A stretch of 63,928 nucleotides of DNA, counting the filler, from Octopus bimaculoides (lineage: Eukaryota), in the NCBI RefSeq assembly GCF_001194135.2. It is 8 parts of 8 records of this genome, joined end to end, with 100 filler letters (N's around TTAATTAATTAA, not from the genome) between each part and the next. Parts side by side here need not be neighbours in the genome. Positions count along the whole stretch, not along the records: positions 19,961 to 39,446 come from NC_069005.1; 7 more parts are not named here. One strand, given 5' to 3'. Below, in pieces: positions 24,300 to 36,859 of this stretch. Made by a program: the position numbers and the translations under genes. The number at the start of each line of letters is the position of its first letter. The first letter of the stretch is position 1. The notes under the pieces are model-generated. The model searched no databases and was not told where the DNA came from. It saw only the letters and a list, made by a program, of their open reading frames with translations.

Positions 24300-24880
24300 A
24301 AAGAAAAATAAGACCATGCTTGGGTATGTTTCTCATTGACTTGAAGAAGATAGTAACACTGACATAGAGAGAAGCCTCTCTCGGACTCGTAACCGCTACA
24401 TCACACTTCGAAGACTATGCATTTGCACTCCAAGAACAGGTGATTGATACTAAATACCTAATCAACAAAAGAGACAGCGAAGCCCTTGGAGTTCCAAGAT
24501 ACAATCATAATTGTAGATTATCATATTTCTGTGGAAGAAATCACACATGTGATGAGTAGCTGCCCAAAAATGTCATCAAGATTACTATCTCCCGATGCGA
24601 TATGATGTTGTCGCAAAAACAATATACAATGCCATTCAGAAAAAAAAAAAGACTGTCCTGGAATATATATAGAGCGTCCCACTGTTATTGAATATGTACA
24701 CAAATAACTGCACAAGGAATACTGGTGGAAATATTTGTCAAGTGTAAACATAACAGACCGGATATTGTTGTTTGAGACAGACAAAGAAAAGTATGTCATA
24801 GAGGTTAGTTGTCCTACTAATGTGAATATCTCTTTGAAAATCAAAGAGAAAGACACTAACAATGGACAACGGCTGCCACA
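24300..24880 (+). mobile_element. Degenerate 3' fragment of RLE-type (R4/NeSL-like) non-LTR retrotransposon
   Basis: Broken frames give FEDYAFALQEQVIDTKYL, YYLPMRYDVVAK and KHNRPDIVV (PD-D endonuclease); related to 30800-33380. Confidence 0.7.
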
Positions 24881-24904
24881 TGTCAGATATCGAAATGATC
24901 GCAG

Positions 24905-25009
24905 AGCAACGTGAAATAAAGTGTTTTGCTCAAGAACACAACGCAACGCCCGGCCTGGGAATCGAACCTACGGTCTCGCAATCGTGAGTGCAACACCTTA
25001 ACCACTAAG

Positions 25010-25012
<3 letters not shown>
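24905..25012 (-). mobile_element. tRNA-derived SINE 5' fragment
   Basis: Minus strand ggcttagtggttaagg (A box) and ggttcgattccc (B box) followed by gttgtgttcttgagcaa; same family at 28850-29178 and 34525-34850. Confidence 0.7.
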
Positions 25013-25081
<69 letters not shown>

Positions 25082-25290
25082 ACAAATACACACACACAAA
25101 TACACACACATACATACATACATGCATACACACATACATACATACATACATACATACATACATGCGCATGAACCAGCTTAAGGGGTTGTCTTGAGGCCAT
25201 GGTGGAAGATGAAGACGGTTACTTTGAGTAAACTGTTATCTCTCGGTCATTATCTTTTGATTTTTGGAATGGGATATTGCGCTTTCTTGG

Positions 25291-25340
25291 GATATTATCC
25301 TATGAAGTTAAATAGCTATTTAACTTCATAGGATAATATC
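25291..25340. repeat. Perfect 50-bp palindrome with no spacer
   Basis: gatattatcctatgaagttaaatag|ctatttaacttcataggataatatc equals its own reverse complement. Confidence 0.95.
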
Positions 25341-26559
25341 ATAACTTAACATCACTTCTCATTTACTCTGCTTTCTAACGGTTTCAAGACCGATATGCTA
25401 TACAGTTTCATTACGTATCATGTCTTTTCAACTTGTTTATATACATGTAATTCTAGGACAACTATGAATGTTGTCTGTTTACTGTCTGCTATGAATTAAT
25501 CTGACCATGAAAAGATACAATATTCCATATTTTATAATATGCATGAGTTGGTCTGGATATTGCATCGAAATGTTCATAGGTCATAATAAAGCTTTTACAA
25601 TGGATCATCTTTTAGCTCTTATTTAAATTGATATACATACAAAAACTCACATGTGAGAATTTTGCTACGTTGATAACAGATACAATATTTTTACCAAATT
25701 TTGNNNNNNNNNNNNNNNNNNNNNNNNNNNNNNNNNNNNNNNNNNNNNNNNNNNNNNNNNNNNNNNNNNNNNNNNNNNNNNNNNNNNNNNNNNNNNNNNN
25801 NNNNNNNNNNNNNNNNNNNNNNNNNNNNNNNNNNNNNNNNNNNNNNNNNNNNNNNNNNNNNNNNNNNNNNNNNNNNNNNNNNNNNNNNNNNNNNNNNNNN
25901 NNNNNNNNNNNNNNNNNNNNNNNNNNNNNNNNNNNNNNNNNNNNNNNNNNNNNNNNNNNNNNNNNNNNNNNNNNNNNNNNNNNNNNNNNNNNNNNNNNNN
26001 NNNNNNNNNNNNNNNNNNNNNNNNNNNNNNNNNNNNNNNNNNNNNNNNNNNNNNNNNNNNNNNNNNNNNNNNNNNNNNNNNNNNNNNNNNNNNNNNNNNN
26101 NNNNNNNNNNNNNNNNNNNNNNNNNNNNNNNNNNNNNNNNNNNNNNNNNNNNNNNNNNNNNNNNNNNNNNNNNNNNNNNNNNNNNNNNNNNNNNNNNNNN
26201 NNNNNNNNNNNNNNNNNNNNNNNNNNNNNNNNNNNNNNNNNNNNNNNNNNNNNNNNNNNNNNNNNNNNNNNNNNNNNNNNNNNNNNNNNNNNNNNNNNNN
26301 NNNNNNNNNNNNNNNNNNNNNNNNNNNNNNNNNNNNNNNNNNNNNNNNNNNNNNNNNNNNNNNNNNNNNNNNNNNNNNNNNNNNNNNNNNNNNNNNNNNN
26401 NNNNNNNNNNNNNNNNNNNNNNNNNNNNNNNNNNNNNNNNNNNNNNNNNNNNNNNNNNNNNNNNNNNNNNNNNNNNNNNNNNNNNNNNNNNNNNNNNNNN
26501 NNNNNNNNNNNNNNNNNNNNNNNNNNNNNNNNNNNNNNNNNNNNNGTACATATACACAT

Positions 26560-27000
26560 AATTTTTCACGTCTGGCCGCATAGCCTTTTCCGTTTGTTTT
26601 CCTGTCTTGTTTTCTTTTCCGTTTGTTTTCCTGTCTTGTTTTCTTTTCCGTTTGTTTTCCTGTCTTGTTTCTGTCCGCTACTACATTCCTCCATGGTACA
26701 AATTTAGTTTGTGTATACAAATTTAATTTGCGGTCCATGGGAAGAGCCATTTTAACGAGGCGTCCTGCCCTACTCTTCGAAACGCCTGTATTAGAATGGG
26801 GGTATCTGATGAAGGAAAATATTCTCTATGTAGCCTGTGTGTTTTCTGTACTCTGGTTATTATTATTTTTTTGTCTACGTTTTGTTTGCAATGTCCTGTA
26901 CCCAGATATGCACCTATATATATACAGGTAGACGTAGGTATGCACATTACCTGTACGTATATATGCATATACTCATTTATTATTTGTTTTACATGATCGA
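26560..27000 (+). repeat. Interspersed repeat (unclassified) with internal 29-bp tandem triplication
   Basis: Inverted copy at 52290-52680, fragments at 14373 and 27340; ttttccgtttgttttcctgtcttgttttc repeated about three times at 26586-26670. Confidence 0.75.
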
Positions 27001-27493
27001 ACGCCTGCGTCATCCCTGTAAGTAGTTTTTTGAACTTTATATTTTCTGACGCGACTCTATCTATCTCTATCTCTATAACTTTTTTCCCCCTCTCGTTCTT
27101 CCTTCTGTTACTACTACGTATCTCTCTCTACCCCTCTCGTTCTTCCTTCTGCTACTACTATATTTCTCTCTTCCTCTCTTTCTCTCGGTGCTCACCTATT
27201 TTCTACTTCCTCCCCTTGTTTCTCCCTCTATCACTCTCTCTCTTCCTTACCCCTGACTGGTCACATGTTTCCGGTCACTAATCCTTTTCTTCCTTAGCTA
27301 TCGCCGAGCAAACACGCGAACTTCGTCCCGCTTCCAGTTCGTGCCTCACAGCGTTCATATACACATAATTTTTCACGTCNNNNNNNNNNNNNNNNNNNNN
27401 NNNNNNNNNNNNNNNNNNNNNNNNNNNNNNNNNNNNNNNNNNNNNNNNNNNNNNNNNNNNNNNNNNNNNNNNNNNNNNNATATATATATATAT

Positions 27494-27524
<31 letters not shown>

Positions 27525-27739
27525 ATATAAAAGAAATATAAGAATAAATGAAAGGAGCAAAAATACTGGAGATTCAGTATACACCACGTGCAAAATTATG
27601 AGTTGAAAATATGTGGAAAACATATATATAAAAAGTGGAAGAAAAATGGCTTCGTTTCACATAGTTTAATATCATTTTAAATCACTCCCATACATATCAA
27701 CCCACAACCCCAGAAGCAATGAAGCATACAACACAATTA

Positions 27740-28260
27740 TACAAAATCTCCCTCTGCTCATCAAGACCCGAAAATGAACAACATTCTAAATACACTCCTC
27801 AAATGCAAAAGACAACACAAATCACTCAAAAGACTCCTAACAAATGCAAAACTATACTCAATACATACGATACCAACAGTTGAAAAGTGCAGGCCTAACG
27901 GAAGGCTCGGAATTCACATTCCAGGAAGGATAAAAATTCTCAATTAAGACCAGCTTCACATGTGCTTCCCAGAACCTTATCTATGTCCTAACATGCTCAA
28001 GTTGTGGTCGCAATTATGTAGACCAAACGAGCTTTACTTTCAGACGCAGAGTCATGCTGCATAAAGAACAGATTCATTTTTCACAATACCGGCAGATAGC
28101 CATGAGCAAACATATCGTCAGATGCGCAAGAAATACAACGCCGAATTTCCATATCTTTTCATTATACCAATGCAAAGATTCAATCTCCTTACAAGAACGC
28201 CTAAACAAGGAAAACCTGTTCACAGAAAGGTACAGACCACACCTTAATATACAAATTTGA
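27740..28260 (+). mobile_element. Penelope-like element, GIY-YIG 3' fragment
   Basis: NLIYVLTCSSC..., HKEQI..., LYQCKDSISLQERLNKENLF..RYRPHLN; same family as 47140-47630. Confidence 0.8.
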
Positions 28261-28384
28261 CCACTTCAAAAATTATACTGAGGAATTAGTTGTCCCCCTT
28301 GCCACCTGCTACCTCCCTTGGTCCACTCATTCTTATTTTTCAAGCATCCAAAGCTTTGTGAGTGGATTCAGTACACGGAAACTG

Positions 28385-28590
28385 AAAGAAGATATATGTG
28401 TATATTTGTGTGTGCGCGCGCACGCGTTTGTACCCCCACCATCGCTTGACAACTGATGTTGCTGTGTTTACATCCCCCGTAACTTAGCCGTTTGGCAAAA
28501 TACACCTATAGAATAAGTACTGGGATCGATTTATTCGAGTAAAGACGGTGCTCCAGCATGACCGCAGTCACATAAACGAAAGAAGTAAAA
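28385..28590 (+). mobile_element. SINE-like interspersed repeat (family of 55475-55690, 55838-56006, 63250-63480)
   Basis: Shares gtaacttagc...gatagaataagtact...gatt...cga...aaaggcggtgctccagcatggccgcagtca blocks; same orientation as the 63250 copy, inverted relative to the 55.5-56 kb copies. Confidence 0.7.
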
Positions 28591-28849
28591 CAACAAAAAC
28601 TATGCCATTTTATCCCTGAGCAACGCCGGGTATCTCTGCTTGTGTATGTATATGTGTATGTTTATCTATACACTTACATAAACTTACATACACACATGGC
28701 AATTCTTTGTTGTTGGATACACGACGTCATTCACCCACACAACCTTTCCACGTGACATAGATAAAGAGCTAGGCTGAAAAAGAAGGTGAATGATGTTGTT
28801 CCCTCATACCAACACTCTGTTGACCAATATCGAAGGATCGCCTGTATAT

Positions 28850-29178
28850 ATTAGACCCTTTCGGTCATGAATGACCATGGGATTGCACCTAGAAAGTTCC
28901 ACTCGAAACACAAATCCAGGCAAGCGTGTTTATGGAAGACCAGCAGTTGCCCATGCATATCAGCTTCTCCCTCTCCATACCACAGATGTTATCCAAGGGA
29001 TGGGCAGAGGCTGATACAGCTTGGCACTGGTGACATCATTTCTACAGTTGTGTGAACTGGAGTAACGTGAAATAAAGTATCTTGCTTAAGAACAGAATGC
29101 ACGGACCGGTCCAGGAATCGAAGTCGCTACCTCATGATTGTGAGCCCGCTGCTCTAACCACTGAGCCATGCGCCTTAA
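28850..29178 (-). mobile_element. tRNA-derived SINE
   Basis: Minus strand aggcgcatggctcagtggttagagc...cttcgattcctgg head followed by gttcttaagcaagatactttatttcacgtt. Confidence 0.7.
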
Positions 29179-29260
29179 CGTGTATGTGTACGTATGTATG
29201 TATGTATGTATGTATGTATGTATGTATGTATGTGTGTGTGTGTGTATGCGCGCGTGTGTG

Positions 29261-29298
<38 letters not shown>

Positions 29299-29410
29299 TA
29301 TTCCCACATACCAACCATAACAATCCGACATAATCAACCGAGAAGATTGCATGATTGATAGGCTTCGGGTCTAAAGAAAGGCAAAACAAAGCATGCGCGC
29401 GCGCACACGC

Positions 29411-29511
<101 letters not shown>

Positions 29512-29843
29512 GATAGATAGCTAGAGAAAGAGAAGAGAGGGGGTGCTAAATGGCATTTCTTTCAGAATAATTTCGTATGAAGGTGTGTTTCAGACAATAG
29601 TAGAGAGGTATAATGTGGTGAGTTGATGGTGTTGGATTACTTCTTAATAAGTAGACAATATGTCTAAGAATGTTTATATGGAAGAAAAATCAGTGATGGA
29701 CGTTGTGGTGCTCATGTATTTCCCATGATTATTAAGGATATTAGTGAAGTGAAATAGTAAAGACTGAGTTTCGAAAACCATTTGCAAGGAGTTCATATCT
29801 GACCTAAACAAATTCACTACTACCACATTCTTGTATTATAAAC

Positions 29844-29881
<38 letters not shown>

Positions 29882-30733
29882 TGTATGTGTATGAGTTTGT
29901 GCGTATGTATGTGTGTTGTGTATGTGTGCGTGTATGTGTGTGTGTCAGTATTTCACTGGGTGTCCGAATATTTGAGAAGTTTGTTGCGTAGCTTCTTGAG
30001 CAAATGTCTTTTCCTATACCTCGGATGAACAAAAGCTTTGTAATTGTAACCGGTCAGATAGAAACTGTTCGATGAATACTTTGGAGCCACAACTATCAGC
30101 CTTGTTAAACAACTGGTTAATCTTCAGGTGAATTAACTGAAGGAGCCTTTTATTCACGATCATAGTGATCTTCGACTGAAACTTGAATTTACCACGCAGA
30201 GAGTTACTACAAACAACATGGCTGGACACAACATCAACAACACAACTGATGAACGGAACGAAAACAACAGCTCAACAGGTAGACAGATTCTTTCTAGCTG
30301 TAGTTATTACAAAACCGTAATTACAAAACTCATTTCCCTTGGAGTTATAAATTGAATGCTGCTACAAAAAGTGAAATAAAACACTGCTGTTTGCTATATG
30401 AATCGATTGACATCATATTGGGACGATCTGCATCCAGAATTAAATCATTTTACTGCGAAGCAATTATGCCAACAAGCAAGATTTGTAGAACATAGGAAGA
30501 AAGTTAATGACTAACTTTATTAAAAAGAAAAACTATCTGAAATTAACCTTCTTCCCAACACTATAAACGAAAACGAAAATGTGAATGATGTGAGCGACAT
30601 TCTAACAGATTCTATACTGCCTGGTGGCCAAACTACATTCATGACTAAAGTAACTGATCACTGTGCCCTAACTATGACTACAGTAAATAGAAGGCGTAAC
30701 CGTAGAGATTATTGTAGTGGTAGTAGTAGTATG

Positions 30734-30780
<47 letters not shown>

Positions 30781-30799
30781 CAGGATTATATATTAGTGA

Positions 30800-33380
30800 A
30801 ATGTGCCCTTGCTGAAATTTTCCGAGAAAAAATAACTTTGGCTTTGAAGTACTCCCTCAAAGAGAGAGTATTCTCTACCAAAGTAAGTAAAAAACCACCA
30901 GATACGGTATTAAAAGCTGTTGACGAAATTGGTGATAAACCCTCACCTCATTTTGGCAGATTAACGCCTGTCTATATGCTCTGTCAACTACTGCAAAACA
31001 GTACATGAACGGCATTCAAAAAGTGAACAAAACCGAAACAATAAAGAAAGTACTATCATGGGTTTGAAGACAGAGAAAAAAGATAACTGGTCATGTAATG
31101 GTGCTTATTGCGTGCAAACAAGCAAATCACTATACGTCCTGCCAACAGAAAGTAAAGAAGGAGATAAAACTGATGTTTGGAGACAGCAAAAAGAGGACAC
31201 TCATTTGCAAACTAATTACCCTCAAACAGAAGCTAAAAGCTGTCGGTGAGAAACTCCGACATGAAAAGAGAATAACCAAGAGAAAAACCATAAACAAAAT
31301 ATTTAACCGGAACCAGGTAACATTATACAGAGACATGAGAGGAGAAACAGTAAACATCACAGGAACTCCTTCACGAGAAGACATAACCTCCTTCTGGAAG
31401 AAAATCTGGTGTGAAGCATAGGAATTTAACCAAGATGCTTTGTGACTGGCAGCAATTCGAAAAAGTAATTGTCCCTGTATTACACCCAAGACATACAACA
31501 TTGATGGTGAAACTCTTGCAACTGAGATGCAGAAACTTCAGGATGGAAAAGCACCTGGAAGAGACTTGATTGTTGGATATTGGTACAAGAAGCTTACCTA
31601 CCGACCATATCTAATCAACCTGTACCAGCAAGCTCTCGATGGGGTCAATAGCATACCACACTGGTTAGCTCTGGCAGAGACAAAACTGATCCTCAAGTGC
31701 AGAGCCACTCACATGGCAAAAAACTACCGGCCAATTGCATGCCAAAAGTTAATGTATAAGATATATACAGCATGTTTGAATCTCTTCCTCCAAGACCATT
31801 GCGAAAGCAATAATATCATCACAGCAGAACAAGCAACTGAGAAGAAAGGAGTCTAGGGATGTGCCGAGCAATTGTTAATAGACAAAACTGTAATGTCAAA
31901 GGTGCAGGAGAAAGAACCTAGTTCCAATGTGGCATTTGACTCTGTTCCCCACTTATGGATGCTAGAAGCCCTTCAACTTGCTAAAGTTCAAGTGAGCCTG
32001 ACTTCATCACGGGCCACAAACTTGAAATTAAACACAAGGAGTGACTGTATTATCACTGATAGAATACAGTATCGCAGAGGTATATTCCAAGGGGACAGCC
32101 TCTCTGTGATGCTGTTTGTGCTTTCTGTAAACGTTTGTCATTCATGTTAACGAAGTTTGAAGGATATCTCACTGGTTCACAAGGAAACAAAAATTCCCAA
32201 ACTACCCACTGTTTCTTTGTGGATGACTTGAAACTACATGCAAAGAATATGCATGAGATGAAAAAGAACCTTGACTTGGTTGCAACATTCTCAAAGGATA
32301 TAGGGTTGATATATGGTTGTGAAAAATAGAAAACTGTAAACCATACTAGTGATATCTCCATCGATGACTTAACTCTTTCCCTTGTATCTGATGAGGAATG
32401 TTATAGGTATCCTGGAGTGGATGAAACCATATCTTACAATGGCACCTGTAACAAAACACGTGTCACTAAAGAATATAACAGGTGAGTAAAGAAAATTTGG
32501 ACCTCAGAACTCTCTGCATTCAATAAAACTGTGGCCCACAATGTGTTTGCAGTGCCAGTACTTACTTATACCAACATTTGGGCTACTTGATTGGACGCTT
32601 GATGAGATCCGAACCATTGAAAACTAACAAGCGTACAATTTCCACATCACCAGTGACGTAGACAGCCTCTACCTAAAATGAAAACAAGGCATCAGAGCCT
32701 TAACATCAGTCCAAATTACCTTTGAATGTCGTATCATTCCGCAACATCTTTTAGCCATCAAGTGTCGAAGTGTATCCCTTGACTAAGTTTGCATACACGA
32801 GGCTGATAACATTATAAGACTTAGAAGACAGCTCTTAGAGCAGCATTCCTTGTCTGATAATCTTAAATACATACCCAAAGAAGTCGCACAACTTTGCCAC
32901 AACGCATCATCAGATAAAAGGATGAGCGTATATGAGTAGAAAACCATGCATGGATATGCTAGTAGAAAGCTCCGAGATGATAGTAACATTGAGCATCAAA
33001 TCAGTCTATCATGGACCAACAACCGGATTAGTACCTCCCACTTTGAAGGGTATGTGTTTATAATCCAGGAACAGGAAGTGTCAATCAAATACCTGATGCA
33101 CAAAAGGGACAAGCATGCAGGAAAAGCAGTAGAATGTGACAACCGATGTAGACTTTGTGGAGTTAGCACCGAAGATGTCACCCACATCATAAGCAGTTGT
33201 CCGAAAATGTCATGACGGTATTATTTACCGATGAGACATGATGTTATAGCTAGGACACTGTATAACGAAATCCGTCGAAAGGATAACCCCAAGGACAATG
33301 AAATAAGTACCTAAGTATAGTGGAAGCCATAGCCACTCATGATAAAATACTAGTGTAATGTCTCAGTGAAAACCTCAATA
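30800..33380 (+). mobile_element. Degenerate RLE-type (R4/Dong/NeSL-like) non-LTR retrotransposon: RT plus CCHC finger, inside the ovo intron
   Basis: KAPGRD, NYRPIAC, GCAEQLLID, AFDSVPH, RRGIFQGDSLS, FVDDLKL, CRLCG..EDVTHIISSC; many stops and frameshifts. The 5' part may extend to ~30200. Confidence 0.9.
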
Positions 33381-33884
33381 AAATGTAAATATACATACAT
33401 ACAAAAATACCCTGTCGAAGTTCTCGAAATTTCAATGACAGAGGCTTGGATCTAGGTTAGAGACCAGCTCTTTCTCTATTGGCAAAACATCTTGAAATAA
33501 AACTGAATAATGACATGCATGCATGCAAAAACTTACACAAACACGTACTCACTCATATATGGACACACACTTCCATAACTAATTTAATTTAGAATGTAAA
33601 ATTTACTTTCCCACGAAGCTCAATGAATATGACACAAGAGTGGAAATTCAAGACCGCTATGAAATTCAATAGCTTTTTCACTATAATATACAGTTCATCG
33701 AACAAAATGGCTACGCTCAATTTAAAAGTTACTAAAAGTCGTCTGCAATACGGATTTTGTCTACCTCTTTCTATGACTCGACTCACCTAACATGAACTGG
33801 TTTACTTGAGCTCTATGTCGTGAGAATTTAAATGACAGTCATAGAAAACGAAAAAGAATATATTAAGAATGTCTTCTTTTTGAC

Positions 33885-34500
33885 TTGTCATTGTTGTTAC
33901 GGCAAACAAAATGTTAAGCGGTAGTTAGTTACGTCACTTTGCACTCATTGTTCAAATTCACGGATCAACTTTGCTGTTCTCCTTTCGGGGACAATAAAAA
34001 TAAAATACCAGTGAAGTACCGGTATCGATTTAATCGACAAACACTCTAAAATTTCAACCCTTGTGACTATGTTAGAAGCAATTGCTATTATTATTATTTT
34101 TGGCGAGTCGGTGTTTTTTTTACAGCATTTTACGTTCTGAGCTCAAATACCACCGAAGTCAACCTTGCTTTCATCCTTTTGAGCTCGCTGAAATAAATCA
34201 AATACTGGGGTCCATGTAACCGAATATATCCCGCTCCAAGTTTCAGGCCTTGTGCCTATAGTAGAAAAGATTATTATTATTATTGGTGACCTAGCTGTAT
34301 GGTTCGGATGTTGGACAGAATACTTAGTGGCACTTATTACGGCTCTTTACACTTTGAGTTGAAATATCGACGAGGTCGACTTTGTCTTTTATCCTTTCGA
34401 GGTCGGTAAAAGAAAATACTAATCAAGTACTTGGGTTAATGTAATCGACAAGCCCTTTTCTCTCAAATTTGCTGGCTTTGTATCAAAATTAAAAGGAATT
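33885..34500 (+). mobile_element. Cluster of three degenerate tRNA-derived SINE copies
   Basis: Repeated ttctgag.tcaaat...gaggtcgactttg.cttt.atcctttcg...gataaa...ggggtc.atgtaatcgac blocks as in 53908-54138. Confidence 0.7.
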
Positions 34501-34524
34501 AATATTACGAGCGAAAAAAAAGTC

Positions 34525-34850
34525 GTTAGTGTTGGCACTCCGTCGGTTATGACAACGAGGGTTCCAGTTGATCCGATCGACGGAACAGCCTGCTCGGGAA
34601 ATTGACGTGCAAGTGGCGGAGCACTCCGCAGACACGTGTACCCTTAACGTAGTTCTCAAGAAGAGTCAGAGTCACACGGAATGTGACAAAACTTGCCCTT
34701 TGAAATTTAGGTACTACTTATTTTTGCCAGTGGACTGGGGCAATGTGAAATAAAGTGTCATACTCAGGGACTTAACGCGCCGCCGGGAATCGATCTCACG
34801 ACCTTACAATTATGAGTCAGATACCCTAACCACTGAGTCACGTGCCATCA
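34525..34850 (-). mobile_element. Near full-length tRNA-derived SINE
   Basis: Minus strand gactcagtggttagggta (A box), gtgagatcgattcccgg (B box), body ending ...gacggagtgccaacactaac. Confidence 0.75.
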
Positions 34851-35083
34851 CTAGTGTTGGAAACATTACAAAGGAAACAACTAATACTGAAGTCCCTGGA
34901 TGACTTCTCTTTATGAAGTATTTATGTACAGCTAATTCAATGCTGTTGACTCTGGTACGATCCGTGATTCTATGTTTCCTCAAATAAATGGTGGCGTGTC
35001 ATTCTTATTTCAAGTTTCCATTGAATAAATGCTAAAATTTCTGTAATATAAAAGTAAACGTAACAAAATTTTACGCACACACA

Positions 35084-35147
<64 letters not shown>

Positions 35148-35226
35148 CNNNNNNNNNNNNNNNNNNNNNNNNNNNNNNNNNNNNNNNNNNNNNNNNNNNN
35201 NNNNNNNNNNNNNNNNNNNNNNNNNN

Positions 35227-35458
<232 letters not shown>

Positions 35459-35835
35459 TTATACCATGTACACACACACCGAAACACACATACACGCACA
35501 CATACAACGGGGAAAAAAGAGAAAAAGAGTAAAATGTTAAAATATATTTGAAACTGTAAAACAAAGAGGCAAGACATAACAACCTCGCATACATACATAC
35601 ATACATACATACATAAATGCATACATGCATGCATGCATACATACATACATACATACACACACACATACATACATACATACATACACACATACATACATAT
35701 ATACATACAAACATACATACATACATATACATACATACATACACACATACATATACATATATACATACACATACATACATACATACATACATACATACAT
35801 ACATACATACATAAATACACACATACATACATACA

Positions 35836-36329
35836 TAGGGAGAAGTCACGAAAAAACAACAGACGAAGACAGGTGGTGTAAATAACAAAAGGATGTATTA
35901 GTATAACGCTCGGGAATAGAGAAAGTCTTTAACATTTCGAGCCTACGCTCTTCAACAGAAAGGAACACAGAAAGAAACAAGGAGAGAAAAAATATATGTG
36001 TAGTGGTCAGCGACCTATACATACATACATACATACATATACATACATACATACACACATACATATACATATATACATACACATACATACATACATACAT
36101 ACATACATACATACATACATACATAAATACACACATACATACATACATAGGGAGAAGTCACGAAAAAACAACAGACGAAGACAGGTGGTGTAAATAACAA
36201 AAGGATGTATTAGTATAACGCTCGGGAATAGAGAAAGTCTTTAACATTTCGAGCCTACGCTCTTCAACAGAAAGGAACACAGAAAGAAACAAGGAGAGAA
36301 AAAATATATGTGTAGTGGTCAGCGACCTA

Positions 36330-36360
<31 letters not shown>
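35836..36360. repeat. Exact tandem duplication (~312 bp unit) of an interspersed repeat plus (ACAT)n
   Basis: agggagaagtcacgaaaaaacaacagac...gtggtcagcgacct at 35837-36016 recurs at 36149-36328. Confidence 0.85.
35927..35962 (-). ncRNA. Degenerate minimal type I hammerhead-like motif (second copy 36239-36274)
   Basis: cttt-CTGTTGA-A-GAGC gtag GCTC-GAAA-TGTT-aaag: stems I and II pair, but the core has A6>U and C15.2>U. Confidence 0.35.
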
Positions 36361-36361
<1 letters not shown>

Positions 36362-36454
36362 ACTAGGGGATCATATATCCGAGAAAGAAGCACACTCTAA
36401 AAGTTAGAGCAGTGATGTATTTACTTGAAGTTAATATAATTATGTCCGGTCATA

Positions 36455-36515
36455 CAGTGACAGGTGGTTTCGCATCAATAAAGCGCTTAGCTTTATAAAC
36501 GACTCGTCAGAGTCC
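36455..36515 (-). ncRNA. Putative hammerhead ribozyme motif in the 3' pLTR region of the adjacent Penelope-like element
   Basis: CTGACGA-G...ataaagc taagc gctttat...C-GAAAC-cacct-GTC on the same strand, ~350 nt downstream of the GIY-YIG end; stem I pairs poorly. Confidence 0.45.
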
Positions 36516-36859
36516 AATGGCAGCGAGCATATAGCCTCTCTTTGGACTGGAGTTAGAAAACCGTTTCGACCAGTTAATCTCTGCAAGCAAAATGATAATA
36601 TATACTTACTCTTAAATGGTGCTTACACTGAGGCTTAAATAAGACTAGATATCTCCCTTAGACCCGCCCGGTTGGAAAATACGGACTTAAAAGGCGAACA
36701 GGGAATCTCTGAATATAGGAATCTCTGTTCCGGTCTGCAACCACTTCTTACAACTCTAATCGACGAACAGGGAATCCCACGCCTGCATCATGTAGCTAAT
36801 GAAATGGGGACAGGGGCTATAGATCTTATGTCTTGACTTTAAGAGAGGTTTCCAGGCCC

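Noticed and set aside
26780-26830. GAAAC and CTGATGA in the 26560/52290 repeat as a hammerhead
   Set aside because: The motifs are in permuted order and the intervening sequence cannot form stems I and III.
35590-36360. CRISPR-like or satellite array; ORFs such as MYVCMYV... and HTHTHT...
   Set aside because: Simple microsatellites and one tandem duplication with no repeat-spacer structure; the ORFs, including those spanning N gaps, are computational artefacts.
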